This document shows, one piece after another, positions 39,496 to 49,082 of a stretch of 64,000 nt of DNA (positions within the stretch are counted from its first letter, which is position 1; the number at the start of each line of letters is the position of its first letter). Source of the stretch: Candidatus Tayloriibacteriota bacterium (GTDB lineage Bacteria > Patescibacteriota > Minisyncoccia > Phycocordibacterales > PALSA-1337); NCBI GenBank assembly GCA_016215455.1, contig JACRJP010000003.1, forward strand, positions 66,657 through 130,656, in the 5' to 3' direction. Below the pieces are notes generated by a model, which searched no databases, was not told the DNA's origin, and saw nothing but the letters and a program-made list of their open reading frames with translations. The position numbers and the translations under genes were made by a program.

Positions 39496-39816
39496 CTAAA
39501 GTACTTTTACCAATTTACCACTCTTCCTTTCGTATTGAGAACCAACCACTGAATCTAATAACGGAATAATATCTCTGTCGTAATTAGCTATTGTATTAAC
39601 ATCATAGATAGCTAAATTATTAGGATTATCCAAATACTCTTGGGATTCTGAACCACTTAAAAAGAACCAGCCACTATCTCCTTTGTCTCGTGGATTTTGT
39701 CGATACATATATCCAACCTTTTTACCTTGAACAGTTATCTCGTCGGTTGCCATACAATACTCACCCGAAGGAATAATCTGTTGTATCTGCTCTGCTTTTA
39801 GAAAAAATTCTTTCAT
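39496..39816 (-). CDS. DUF2185/Imm33-like protein
   Basis: KVGYMYR, DSGWFFLSGSESQEY, NTIANYD. Confidence 0.8.
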   Translation of the reverse strand: MKEFFLKAEQIQQIIPSGEYCMATDEITVQGKKVGYMYRQNPRDKGDSGWFFLSGSESQEYLDNPNNLAIYDVNTIANYDRDIIPLLDSVVGSQYERKSGKLVKVL

Positions 39817-39908
39817 TTAAAAAATATATCATTATTTCACGATCTATTGACCAATACCTTGACGGTATACGAAATAATCCGTAATGTATTAAAAGATACA
39901 CTAGACAT

Positions 39909-40112
39909 ATGAATGACGATGAGTATATCCAAGCTCTCGAAAGATACTCCCAAGATAGGGAGTGTTTGATTCCACAAGAGTTCTACAGGAAAGCACTGAT
40001 GCGAATTAAAGACGGTAAGGAACCTGTCGTTACCGACGCACACAGAAACAGACCTTTGCTGTCAGATACCTACGATGTCGCTCTTCGCCTCTATAAAGAG
40101 TCAGGAAATTAA
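39909..40112 (+). CDS. Hypothetical protein
   Basis: 67 aa ORF filling an intergenic gap; no motif recognised. Confidence 0.45.
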   Translation: MNDDEYIQALERYSQDRECLIPQEFYRKALMRIKDGKEPVVTDAHRNRPLLSDTYDVALRLYKESGN

Positions 40113-40226
40113 CCATCACTCAACCCTACTAGCACTTTATGTAATAACAGAATTTTTTAATACCTATTACTTAGTTCGGAATCCTCCTGCTCCGACACTG
40201 TCAGATTCTATGTTTAATAATCTCTG

Positions 40227-40298
40227 TGACCCTACAGGGAATCGAACCCTGGTTTAGAGCTTGAAAAGCTCTCGTCCTAGCCGTTAGACGATAGGGCC
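40227..40298 (-). tRNA. tRNA-Glu(TTC)
   Basis: GGCCCTA..AGAGC-TTTTCAA-GCTCT..GGTTCGATTCC..TAGGGTCA; CCA not encoded. Confidence 0.93.
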
Positions 40299-40391
40299 GT
40301 ACGATGTTCACACAGCTTCTGTGACGGAAAATATCATAGCACATCTTGATGAAATTGACAAAAAGAGGTACAGTTTCCTTTATACAAATAT

Positions 40392-40802
40392 ATGACTACC
40401 CGGCACGTTTCTTCCCTTATCTTAATTGATAAGGATGGTAAGATTCTCTTTCAGCGCCGTACTGCTGACGCCAAACGCTTTGCAGGACTTTTAAGCTTCT
40501 TTGGAGGTGGACTCGAAAATAATGAGACTCCCGAACAAGCTTTAGTCCGAGAACTTAAAGAAGAACTCGATTATTCCGTAACCAATGCAACCTACGTCGG
40601 AGAACACCCGTATACCCTTCCTGAAACACAAGAAACAGGTATTCAACATGTGTTTACCGAACTCTATGATCCAGCAAAAACATTTCATCTCAATGAAGGA
40701 GCTGGTATAGAGTGGCATCCTCTGGATACCATCTCAACAATCCCTCTCAACGCCATTGATCGAGGAGCTCTTGAGCTCTATCAACAAAAGATGCTATCGT
40801 AA
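40392..40802 (+). CDS. NUDIX hydrolase
   Basis: GGGLENNETPEQALVRELKEEL Nudix box. Confidence 0.9.
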   Translation: MTTRHVSSLILIDKDGKILFQRRTADAKRFAGLLSFFGGGLENNETPEQALVRELKEELDYSVTNATYVGEHPYTLPETQETGIQHVFTELYDPAKTFHLNEGAGIEWHPLDTISTIPLNAIDRGALELYQQKMLS

Positions 40803-40808
40803 AAGTAT

Positions 40809-40898
40809 GGAGAGATGGCTGAGTGGTTGAAAGCACCGCTTTCGAAAAGCGGCAGAGGCGAAAGTTTCTCGGGAGTTCGAATCTCCCTCTCTCCGCCA
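40809..40898 (+). tRNA. tRNA-Ser(CGA)
   Basis: GGAGAGA..CCGCT-TTCGAAA-AGCGG, long variable arm, GTTCGAATC, GCCA end. Confidence 0.95.
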
Positions 40899-40935
40899 AA
40901 ATTAAGAACATCCTGTTCCAGCACTGAATACCACA

Positions 40936-41787
40936 CTACTCCTCTCCTCGTATCTTTACTGAGAAATCAGGATCATTAGCATATTTCATTGCTCGATCAT
41001 TGATCAAGAAACGTTCTCGTGCTTTTTCAAAAGAAAGGTCAGTATCAATAAGTCCAAGACCATACGCAAGCTTATCTGAGTTAGCAGGAAGAAGTATGCG
41101 TAGATTAAAGAATGGAACTTTATGTGGAGTGATTGTATTAACATGATGCACGATATTGGTCGTACAGGTATTCGTCACTGTATTATAAAATTCAGGATGA
41201 TCCTTGAGAGTATTTGCACGACTCACCATATCTAAAAATAATGCTCGGGCTTTCTCTGAAGTAGTCTTAATCGGATACACATACACCAAATCTTTTCGAT
41301 AGTTTGATCGTAATTTAATCACATCAGATTCATCAGCAATCACATACATCAATTCATAGTTATTAAACAATCCTTTGAATGGATGGTACGCCTCCCCTTT
41401 TTCTTTACGAATTTCAACTGAAATAGAAACAAATTGATTGCGTTCAAATTCGAAACTCAAAAACGTATGAGCTGAACCAGGTATTCCAGAAAAAGGTTCA
41501 ACAACATACCACACCTTTTTCATCTCATTGAGATCAAATGTTTTATCATAGTAATGAGCGGTATAACTTGTTGTTGAAGCATATGAGAAGTTTCGTATAT
41601 TACGAATCATAACCTTATCGCCCTGCACCTCAGCGGACGGAAGGATCTTCTGATCCTCATTCCAATTACGATCGTTTGAAGGAGTGGTAACAAACGAAGT
41701 AATCACAAATACAAGAACACTACAGCTAATAATAACAAGTACGGCATACACCACAAACTTTCTTAACAAACGTAGGAAGGTGTTCAT
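40936..41787 (-). CDS. DUF4105 (Lnb N-terminal-like) protein
   Basis: AHTFLSFEF, SISVEIRKEKGE, PEFYNTVTNTCTTNI. Confidence 0.85.
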   Translation of the reverse strand: MNTFLRLLRKFVVYAVLVIISCSVLVFVITSFVTTPSNDRNWNEDQKILPSAEVQGDKVMIRNIRNFSYASTTSYTAHYYDKTFDLNEMKKVWYVVEPFSGIPGSAHTFLSFEFERNQFVSISVEIRKEKGEAYHPFKGLFNNYELMYVIADESDVIKLRSNYRKDLVYVYPIKTTSEKARALFLDMVSRANTLKDHPEFYNTVTNTCTTNIVHHVNTITPHKVPFFNLRILLPANSDKLAYGLGLIDTDLSFEKARERFLINDRAMKYANDPDFSVKIRGEE

Positions 41788-41840
41788 ATCATTATACTAA
41801 CAATACCTTTAACGAATTCAAAATTTGCTATACTTATCTC

Positions 41841-42524
41841 ATGACCAAATATAGAATTACACTTATTGTTATTTTTGTTCTCGTCTGGATCTGGGCAGCA
41901 ATTAACCCACTTTTTCCTCATGATTGGCTTCTTGAAAATTATCTGGTATTCATTTTCGTCCCCATCATTCTCATCCTTGGACGATACTTCAAACTTTCAG
42001 ATACATCCTACACTCTTATCACTCTCTTCATGGTAATGCATGTCATCGGATCTCACTATACATATGCTGAAGTACCCTTCGGTGACACCTTGCAACAGTG
42101 GCTTGGGTCAGATCGAAATATGTATGACCGTCTCGTACATTTTAGTTTTGGTCTCCTTCTTGCATATCCAGTACGTGAAGTTTTTATGAGAATTTCTCAA
42201 GCAAAAGGATTCTGGTCGTATTATTTACCTGTTGACCTTGTACTTGCAGGATCGGCTGTCTACGAAATCATTGAGTGGATCACGGCGCGTAATGTAGACC
42301 CTTTGGCAGGCTTAGCCTTCCTTGGTTCTCAAGGTGATATCTGGGATGCTCAAAAAGACATGCTTCTCGCAGGTTGTGGTGCTCTCATTGCAATGCTTGT
42401 TGTATTCATCATCAATTGGATGTGGAACAAGTATCATTGGACAGAGCTGCGAGACAGCTTCAAGATCCCTAAAGGTGATCGACCTCTCGGTGAAGAAAAA
42501 TTGAAGGAATTTTTCAAAAAGTAG
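41841..42524 (+). CDS. DUF2238 (YjdF-like) inner membrane protein
   Basis: WLLEN, HYTYAEVP, RNMYDRLVHF, YEIIEW, FLGSQGDIWDAQKDM. Confidence 0.88.
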   Translation: MTKYRITLIVIFVLVWIWAAINPLFPHDWLLENYLVFIFVPIILILGRYFKLSDTSYTLITLFMVMHVIGSHYTYAEVPFGDTLQQWLGSDRNMYDRLVHFSFGLLLAYPVREVFMRISQAKGFWSYYLPVDLVLAGSAVYEIIEWITARNVDPLAGLAFLGSQGDIWDAQKDMLLAGCGALIAMLVVFIINWMWNKYHWTELRDSFKIPKGDRPLGEEKLKEFFKK

Positions 42525-42526
42525 AA

Positions 42527-43192
42527 CTATAGTACAGGGTCGAGTCGAAGGAAGACTCCAGAGAAAGCCCAGAAGTTAAACGAATTGAGAGCAACATATA
42601 TTTCGCCTGTTGCAGTATTCAAGAATGGTGCGGCAACTTGCTGATTACCGTCCTTTCGACGTCCATCACTTGTGATGACGTACCACTTCCATGTTCCTGG
42701 TTCGATAGTATTATTTTCCACACTGATAGTATCAAGACCGTTCATGGTAAATAGAGGATGATCAACACCGTTTGAAGTCACACCAATCTCTCGAATAGAG
42801 TTATTAAACAAGTGACCACTAACATATGTCGGTATTACAGGTGAAGTAACCACAAACTCTGCTGCAGCATCATACGAAGCTGACTGACCTTTTTGAATTC
42901 CCCAAAAAGAAAGATTTTCCATAGGAATTTGAGGTGTCAAAGCGGGTTCATAATTATTACCTGTTCCTGTAAGGAAATATGTAGGACTAATATCTACTTG
43001 GTAGTAGATAGAGTGATTTGGAACTGCATCATATTGAATATCGTGGAATGGTTTCTTATCATTTGTATACTCAAACTGACCTGCTGCTATCCAATTTGCA
43101 CTCTTTGAACCTTGAATATCAACCTGCGCAAAAACCGGTGTACCGCTGAGTGTAAAAACAGCTACAATTGCTATATATAGTAAATTTTTCAT
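42527..43192 (-). CDS. Secreted hypothetical protein
   Basis: Signal peptide ending VFA-Q; no family recognised. Confidence 0.65.
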   Translation of the reverse strand: MKNLLYIAIVAVFTLSGTPVFAQVDIQGSKSANWIAAGQFEYTNDKKPFHDIQYDAVPNHSIYYQVDISPTYFLTGTGNNYEPALTPQIPMENLSFWGIQKGQSASYDAAAEFVVTSPVIPTYVSGHLFNNSIREIGVTSNGVDHPLFTMNGLDTISVENNTIEPGTWKWYVITSDGRRKDGNQQVAAPFLNTATGEIYVALNSFNFWAFSGVFLRLDPVL

Positions 43193-43389
43193 GATTATAT
43201 GTGATTATTCCTTCTTTCTGAGCGTATCATCCTAAAGTATACACCTACCTCACAAAGAAGGAAGAGTCGATTTAGAAAATGGTAAAATACGTGGTAAATT
43301 AATGGAGTATATTTATCGTAAACGTCCCGAACATTACCAAGCACTTGTAGATGCAGGAGTAGTTTGGGATCCACAACCACAAAAATAAT

Positions 43390-43608
43390 ATGAACAATAA
43401 TCTTCCAACACCAGGTCTATATCGACACTTCAAAGGTATGCAATGTGAAGTCATTGGTATCGGCAAACACAGTGAGACTCTCGAAGAAATGGTGGTATAT
43501 CGTGAAATTGATAATAATTCTCTGTGGGTTCGCCCCGCACACATGTTTCTCGAGACTATTGAACGTGACGGAAAAAGATTTCCCCGATTTGAACGAGTTG
43601 AAAAATAA
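43390..43608 (+). CDS. DUF1653 protein
   Basis: GLYRHFKG, HSETLEEMVVYR, WVRP..MF, PRF. Confidence 0.9.
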   Translation: MNNNLPTPGLYRHFKGMQCEVIGIGKHSETLEEMVVYREIDNNSLWVRPAHMFLETIERDGKRFPRFERVEK

Positions 43609-43686
43609 TCTTGATAAATACGAATGCTATAATATTCGGCAGATTTTCTCTTTCTGACTGAACATCGACTACCTTAAGGAACAACT

Positions 43687-44556
43687 ATGACATCGCCGGC
43701 ACTGCGGCATACAAAAGAAAGTCCTATCGATTGGAGGGGGAGTATTCCCTTCCTGACTTTATGGGCAACTGGAATCATTGGCCCATTCTTCACAGGGCTG
43801 AGTTCAATCTCAGTTGCTGTCGCTATTCTTCTCTACTATGTGAGAATGTTTTTTGTAACGGCGTTTCTACACCGCTACTTCTCACACAAGTCGTATCGTG
43901 TGAATCGCTTTTGGCAATTCATTTTTGCCATACTCACCTGCCTTGCTGTCCAAAACGGACCCTGCTGGTGGGCGGCTCACCACCGACATCATCATCAACA
44001 CTCTGACACTGAGAAAGACTTCCATTCCAATTTTTGGTGGGGATTCCTTGAATCACATGTTCTATGGTTCCTGCGAATCAATAGCCAAAAAACTGACTGG
44101 GGTCGAATTGGTGATTTGAAACGTTATCCTGAGATTCGAGCTTTTGACAACAAGCTCATCTATATCATTCCTCCAACACTACTCGCCGTTGGTTGTTATT
44201 GGTTGGGCAGTTTTCTAGGAGATGACTATGGGACAAATGGCTGGCAGATGATGATTGTGGGGTTCTTCTTGAGCACCTTCATACTTCACAACGGCACATT
44301 CACGATTAATTCGATCTCCCACATGTGGGGCAAACAACGCTACGCCGACACAGGTGACATGAGCCTCAACAATTGGTTCTTGGCTATCTTTGTCACCCTT
44401 GGTGAAGGTTGGCATAACAACCACCACAAACACCAATATCTTGTCCGACAAGGACATACGCCATGGGAAATTGACATTACCTATTACGGTATCAAACTAC
44501 TTGAAGCCTTAGGAATTGCTCGGGGTCTACGCATGTCGAATTCTCCAACAATGTAG
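43687..44556 (+). CDS. Membrane fatty-acid (acyl-CoA, delta-9 type) desaturase
   Basis: Three His boxes HRYFSH, HRHHH, GEGWHNNHH; INSISH. Confidence 0.92.
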   Translation: MTSPALRHTKESPIDWRGSIPFLTLWATGIIGPFFTGLSSISVAVAILLYYVRMFFVTAFLHRYFSHKSYRVNRFWQFIFAILTCLAVQNGPCWWAAHHRHHHQHSDTEKDFHSNFWWGFLESHVLWFLRINSQKTDWGRIGDLKRYPEIRAFDNKLIYIIPPTLLAVGCYWLGSFLGDDYGTNGWQMMIVGFFLSTFILHNGTFTINSISHMWGKQRYADTGDMSLNNWFLAIFVTLGEGWHNNHHKHQYLVRQGHTPWEIDITYYGIKLLEALGIARGLRMSNSPTM

Positions 44557-44559
44557 TTA

Positions 44560-44590
44560 CTGCTATCCGCAAGGAAGGCAGATTTTTATT
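44560..44590 (+). terminator. Intrinsic terminator after desaturase
   Basis: ctgctatcc-gcaa-ggaaggcag followed by attttt. Confidence 0.55.
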
Positions 44591-44658
44591 AAAAAATTCA
44601 TAAATATTTTATTTTTTCTTTATCATTTCTTCATAAGAAATGTGCTATAAAATAATAG

Positions 44659-45348
44659 ATGCAATACAATATACCCACCAAAAACTCAGCTCTAAAATTA
44701 CGTAAAAAAGGAATGTCTCTTAAAGAAATTAAAGATACTCTTAATATTCCAAAATCTACTCTAAGTGGCTGGTTTAAAAATATAATATTAACCAAAAGAC
44801 AATCATGTAGACTACATATCAAAAAATATAACTCATTAAAATATGCTCGTTCAAAAGCCCTCATCATTAATCAACAAAAGAAACAGACAGAAAAAGATAT
44901 CTCACAAAAAGAGATTGATCATCTACTAATGAATATGAATTGCAATGAATATTCATCGCTTTTAACCAATTTATCAATGCTGTACTTGGGAGAAGGGTTT
45001 AAAAAGACAGGTGGGACCGGCATGGGAAATACAAACCCATTAATACTAAAGTTTTTTATCAAATCTATGGAGCAACTATTTTCCCTAGATAGAAAAAGAT
45101 TTCGATATCGACTTCACTTACGTGCTGATCAAAATGAGGATAAACTTCTTAAATTTTGGACCGAACAACTCTGTGTATCAAGAGAATTGTTTATGAAAAG
45201 TGCCTTCGATAAACGCACTGTCAATATACCTACATATTATGATTATAAAGGAGTATGCGTTGTTAATTGCGGAAATATTGCTATACAAAGAAAATTAATG
45301 TATCTTAGTGAGCAGTATTGCCATCGGGTGATTAGCTCAGTTGGCTAG
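44659..45348 (+). CDS. HTH + LAGLIDADG-like domain protein overlapping tRNA-Val
   Basis: ALKLRKKGMSLKEI..LNIPKSTLSGWF HTH; MLYLGEG...GNTNP..LKFF LAGLIDADG-like segment; AT-rich. Confidence 0.7.
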   Translation: MQYNIPTKNSALKLRKKGMSLKEIKDTLNIPKSTLSGWFKNIILTKRQSCRLHIKKYNSLKYARSKALIINQQKKQTEKDISQKEIDHLLMNMNCNEYSSLLTNLSMLYLGEGFKKTGGTGMGNTNPLILKFFIKSMEQLFSLDRKRFRYRLHLRADQNEDKLLKFWTEQLCVSRELFMKSAFDKRTVNIPTYYDYKGVCVVNCGNIAIQRKLMYLSEQYCHRVISSVG

Positions 45349-45399
45349 AGCGCAGACTTGACGTGTCTGAGGTCACAGGTTCGAGCCCTGTATCACCCA
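45326..45399 (+). tRNA. tRNA-Val(GAC)
   Basis: GGGTGAT..CAGAC-TTGACGT-GTCTG..GGTTCGAGCC..ATCACCCA. Confidence 0.93.
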
Positions 45400-45404
45400 C
45401 CTAT

Positions 45405-46022
45405 ATGAAATATACACAAGAAAAAGGTTTCCTTATCCAACGTAAGATTGAAGTTGATCTTCAAAAAACAGGACTGACCTATACATCTACAGAAACAAGT
45501 TTCTTCAAAAAAGAAGACGAGGTAACTGAAGTCTTTTTCTCATACGGAGAAATTTCAAATCAAAAAACATATATACGGAGTGCAAATTCACTCAAGAAAA
45601 ATATTTACATCCGTACAGCAATCTTTCTCCTCGTAATTTACTTTGTAACATTAGGTTCTGCAGGTCTCCTGTCGCAAGGAGATTCTAACCTCACAAGATC
45701 ACTCATCTATACCCCTATTGTTCTTGCACTAGCGATCTATAGCGCTTTTATAAAGACAAAATATCTCATCCTTCACACTCATCAAGGTGGGCGTCTCGTA
45801 TTTTTTTCTGACAAAGTTGCCGAGGATATTAACAAAGATATTCTTGCTCACCGCAACACCTATCTTCGAGAAAAATATATCGATGATACTGCAACAAAAA
45901 ATATCCTGACTCAAGAAACTTTAGACTGGCTATTCTCTCTAAAGATCATCTCGGCTGAAGAACTAGCAACCATTAGCGCGCATAATAAAAAGGACATAAG
46001 TTCTGTAGGGTTTAATAAATAA
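45405..46022 (+). CDS. Hypothetical two-TM membrane protein
   Basis: ATG 5 nt after the tRNA; two hydrophobic segments. Confidence 0.65.
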   Translation: MKYTQEKGFLIQRKIEVDLQKTGLTYTSTETSFFKKEDEVTEVFFSYGEISNQKTYIRSANSLKKNIYIRTAIFLLVIYFVTLGSAGLLSQGDSNLTRSLIYTPIVLALAIYSAFIKTKYLILHTHQGGRLVFFSDKVAEDINKDILAHRNTYLREKYIDDTATKNILTQETLDWLFSLKIISAEELATISAHNKKDISSVGFNK

Positions 46023-46035
46023 AAATAGACACGGT

Positions 46036-46632
46036 TTAGCGTTCAAGAGTTGCAAGACGCACTCGCACAATCCGAACAATCTCCTGCACCGTCTCTTCCA
46101 GTTGTCCTTCTCGATTGATCACCAAGTGGGAGAATCGCCATGCCTGAGCTCTCTCTTCGGCCCCAGACTCCAGACGACTCCTGATCTTGTCATCAGGAAG
46201 ATCTCCCCTCGCACGAAGGCGACGTTCAATGTGTTCTGGACTCTCAGCGTCCATAAAAATACTGACCACTTGGTTGGGATACTTCTTCGAAAGATTAACC
46301 ATTCCCGGCCACGTAAGCGCCAAGAAAGGATGTTTGCCCGACAACCATGGTTCTTCGATCACACGACATTCAGTGCCGTAGAAAGATCCTTCTCCTCCGG
46401 GAGGAAACTCATCGTATTCGGCAATCTTTCCCTCAGCAATCAACTCGATGAACTGAGAGCGTGTCCGAAAGTAGTAATGAACACCATCCATCTCCCCACG
46501 ACGAGGAGTTCGGCTCGTCGTGCTAATTCCACGAGTGAGCCGAGGATGGAGAGTGGTGACAACCCGTTCAACAACGGTAGTTTTTCCTGTTCCAGAAGGA
46601 GCAGAAAGAACAAATATGAGTCCTTCGTCCAT
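46036..46632 (-). CDS. gmk: Guanylate kinase
   Basis: SAPSGTGKTT, STTSRTPRRGEMDGVHYYF, FYGT. Confidence 0.9.
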   Translation of the reverse strand: MDEGLIFVLSAPSGTGKTTVVERVVTTLHPRLTRGISTTSRTPRRGEMDGVHYYFRTRSQFIELIAEGKIAEYDEFPPGGEGSFYGTECRVIEEPWLSGKHPFLALTWPGMVNLSKKYPNQVVSIFMDAESPEHIERRLRARGDLPDDKIRSRLESGAEERAQAWRFSHLVINREGQLEETVQEIVRIVRVRLATLER

Positions 46633-46711
46633 AAGAAGTGTAGGTAGAATGAGCCAAATAACACTACAGCGAAACCTACCACAAACAGCTAGTAAATGCT
46701 ACTATCTTTTC

Positions 46712-47890
46712 ATGATCATCCTAGGTATCGAGACAAGTTGCGACGAGACAGCCGTCTGTCTCCTAGAAAGCCGTGCTACTGAAACAGGAATTGAGTATCG
46801 CGTCCTCGGTTCTCTTATTCATTCTCAAATTGATATTCACAAAGAATATGGGGGTGTATTCCCTATGATGGCAAAACGCGCTCATGCAGAAAATCTTGTT
46901 CCACTTCTTGAAAAACTCATCACACAAAGTGGCATAGCAACAAAAACAGTCACAGAACAACTTGATGAAAAAATACTTGAACAAGAACTTGTACTGAAAG
47001 ACAAACTTCTTGCTTCATCTCTCATCACATCCCAACCAAAAATTGATGCTATCGCAGTTACCTATGGACCAGGTCTTGAACCAGCACTTTGGGTTGGTAT
47101 CAACTTTGCACAAGCACTTGGTAAACTCTGGAGGGTTCCTGTATATCCAGAAAATCATATGGAAGGACACATTGTCTCAACTCTCATTAATGAAAACCCA
47201 ACAACTACATGGAATACAATTCATACAATTACCTACCCTGCCTTAGCAGTACTTTTAAGTGGCGGACATACTGAATTAGTTGCAATAGAACATCTTGGTA
47301 ATTACAGAATCGTTGGTCGAACACGAGATGATGCTGTCGGTGAGGCATTTGATAAAGTGGCACGCATCCTTGGTCTTGCATATCCTGGTGGACCAGAAGT
47401 GAGCCGACGAGCAGCGATTGCCCGGACAACCAAACTACCACATACAATCGATCTACCACGCCCTATGCTTCACTCAAAAGATCTCGACTTTTCATTTTCA
47501 GGACTCAAAACAGCTGTCTTATATTTGGTAAAAGAAACATCACACAATGGAGAAAAAGAACTTTCAGAAAACTTTATCAATGAACTGTGTCGAGAATTTG
47601 AGGATGCAGCGTGTGAAGTAATCGAGAAAAAAACGCGTGGAGCACTCGATGCATCAGGAGTCCAAACACTCATTGTTGGAGGCGGTGTTATCGCTAATAC
47701 ACTCCTACGAACGATGTTTGATCGCCTTGCAAATGAATATGGAATATCTCTCTACATACCAACACAGCACCTTTCAGGAGATAATGCCCTCATGATCGCA
47801 CTTGCAGGAAGTCTTCACGTACTTCGAGGTGAACAGCCAGTTCCTTTTACTCGAGCCTTGGGTAACTTAAGATTAGACGGTGGTAAATAG
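46712..47890 (+). CDS. tsaD: tRNA threonylcarbamoyltransferase TsaD
   Basis: LGIETSCDET, GPGL, HMEGH, SGGHT, DDAVGEAFDKVAR, DNALMIA. Confidence 0.95.
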   Translation: MIILGIETSCDETAVCLLESRATETGIEYRVLGSLIHSQIDIHKEYGGVFPMMAKRAHAENLVPLLEKLITQSGIATKTVTEQLDEKILEQELVLKDKLLASSLITSQPKIDAIAVTYGPGLEPALWVGINFAQALGKLWRVPVYPENHMEGHIVSTLINENPTTTWNTIHTITYPALAVLLSGGHTELVAIEHLGNYRIVGRTRDDAVGEAFDKVARILGLAYPGGPEVSRRAAIARTTKLPHTIDLPRPMLHSKDLDFSFSGLKTAVLYLVKETSHNGEKELSENFINELCREFEDAACEVIEKKTRGALDASGVQTLIVGGGVIANTLLRTMFDRLANEYGISLYIPTQHLSGDNALMIALAGSLHVLRGEQPVPFTRALGNLRLDGGK

Positions 47891-47899
47891 GATAGTACA

Positions 47900-47936
47900 A
47901 ATAAAAACACCCTCAGTGAATGAGGGTGTTTTTATT
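47900..47936. terminator. Bidirectional intrinsic terminator
   Basis: aataaaaacaccctca-gtgaa-tgagggtgtttttatt. Confidence 0.85.
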
Positions 47937-47963
47937 ATCTAGTGTACGTACCTGAGAGATTAT

Positions 47964-49046
47964 TTATCGGCAAATAGGTGCAGTAACAGAGTTCCAGATA
48001 TTCTTGAAGAATTTACCAATCTTAGCACCAAATGATGAGCCAGCTGCGGCTGCAGTATTTGATGAAACTGGTGATGTTGTTGCGACTGCAATAACACCTC
48101 CTGTTTCTTCTGTGCCTGGAAGAGTAATTTTTACTTCAACACCACCTGATGTATCTGTTCCAACTGCAGGTCGTGCTGATGGAGTTGATATAACTTGTCC
48201 AACTGCTGGAGTAAGAGCAATCTCAGTACCGAAGAGTACGCCTGAACCAATCTTAGCAACTGGTCGAACGTAATATGTAGTACCAGGAACAATAGTGATA
48301 ACTGCTGTATGGTTAAATGTTGCAGAATCAAATTGTGTTCCATTTGAGTATCCGTACAATGTAGAACCATTAAGATTCTTCACTGATGTAGTTCCCCAAA
48401 CGAGTTGACCCTGAGCATTAGGAGTTGTGTTGAAACTTACCTTAATCTGAGTGTTACTGATCTTTGAGATCATAACATCAGTGATTTTCATAGCTGAGTA
48501 TCCTGAACCACCACCTGATCGTCCACCTGTTGATCCTGTAGAAGGATTAACTACTGGAGTAGAAGGAGTTGTTGTATCAGTACTTGCACTTGTACCACCT
48601 GAAGTTGTACTTGGTGCTGAAGCAGGATTTGTTGCACTGTTTCCACCTGCAGTTGTACTAGGTGCTAAAGCAATATTAGTTGCACTTGTACCACCTGAAG
48701 TTGTACTTGGAGCACCCGCAGTAACTGCACTATTTCCACCTGAGATAGTTGCTGGAGCTCCTGAAGTAGAAGCACTTGAACCACCTGGGATGAGAGTTAG
48801 TGATGAAACACTCACGCCACCTGAAACTGTTCCAGGAGCATATGTAACTATTGCACTTGAGCCACCTGAAATCACTGAAGGATTTCGATGTGATGAACGA
48901 ACACCACTACCTGTGCGGCCACCTGAAGCACTTGAGCCACCTGAAACTGTTCCAGGAGCTGCATCTGCTACAGTAGCAGTCAATGCAAAGGCCACCACAA
49001 AAGCATAGGCCAAAAACTTTGTAATTTTATTCATAAATGTATTCAT
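47964..49046 (-). CDS. Secreted Ser/Thr/Gly-rich repeat protein with FN3-like domain
   Basis: Signal peptide; ~8 AP-x-T-x-SGG-x-SA repeats; GTTYYVRPVA; C-terminal amphipathic helix. Confidence 0.75.
   Translation of the reverse strand: MNTFMNKITKFLAYAFVVAFALTATVADAAPGTVSGGSSASGGRTGSGVRSSHRNPSVISGGSSAIVTYAPGTVSGGVSVSSLTLIPGGSSASTSGAPATISGGNSAVTAGAPSTTSGGTSATNIALAPSTTAGGNSATNPASAPSTTSGGTSASTDTTTPSTPVVNPSTGSTGGRSGGGSGYSAMKITDVMISKISNTQIKVSFNTTPNAQGQLVWGTTSVKNLNGSTLYGYSNGTQFDSATFNHTAVITIVPGTTYYVRPVAKIGSGVLFGTEIALTPAVGQVISTPSARPAVGTDTSGGVEVKITLPGTEETGGVIAVATTSPVSSNTAAAAGSSFGAKIGKFFKNIWNSVTAPICR
48580..48965 (-). repeat. Intragenic tandem repeats (APSTTSGGTSA type)
   Basis: 31-bp identical copies at 48584..48614 and 48680..48710; several degenerate copies. 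Confidence 0.8.
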
Positions 49047-49082
49047 GCGTATAAGTGTTACCGATAAACTGTAACAAGTAGT

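Noticed and set aside
46102-46711. ORF 46102..46647 and the N-terminal extension of tsaD from 46520
   Set aside because: Antisense to gmk; TsaD homology starts at ATG 46712, which has its own -10 box
48004-49008. Repetitive plus-strand ORFs (ALEPPE repeats)
   Set aside because: Mirror frames of the minus-strand repeat protein
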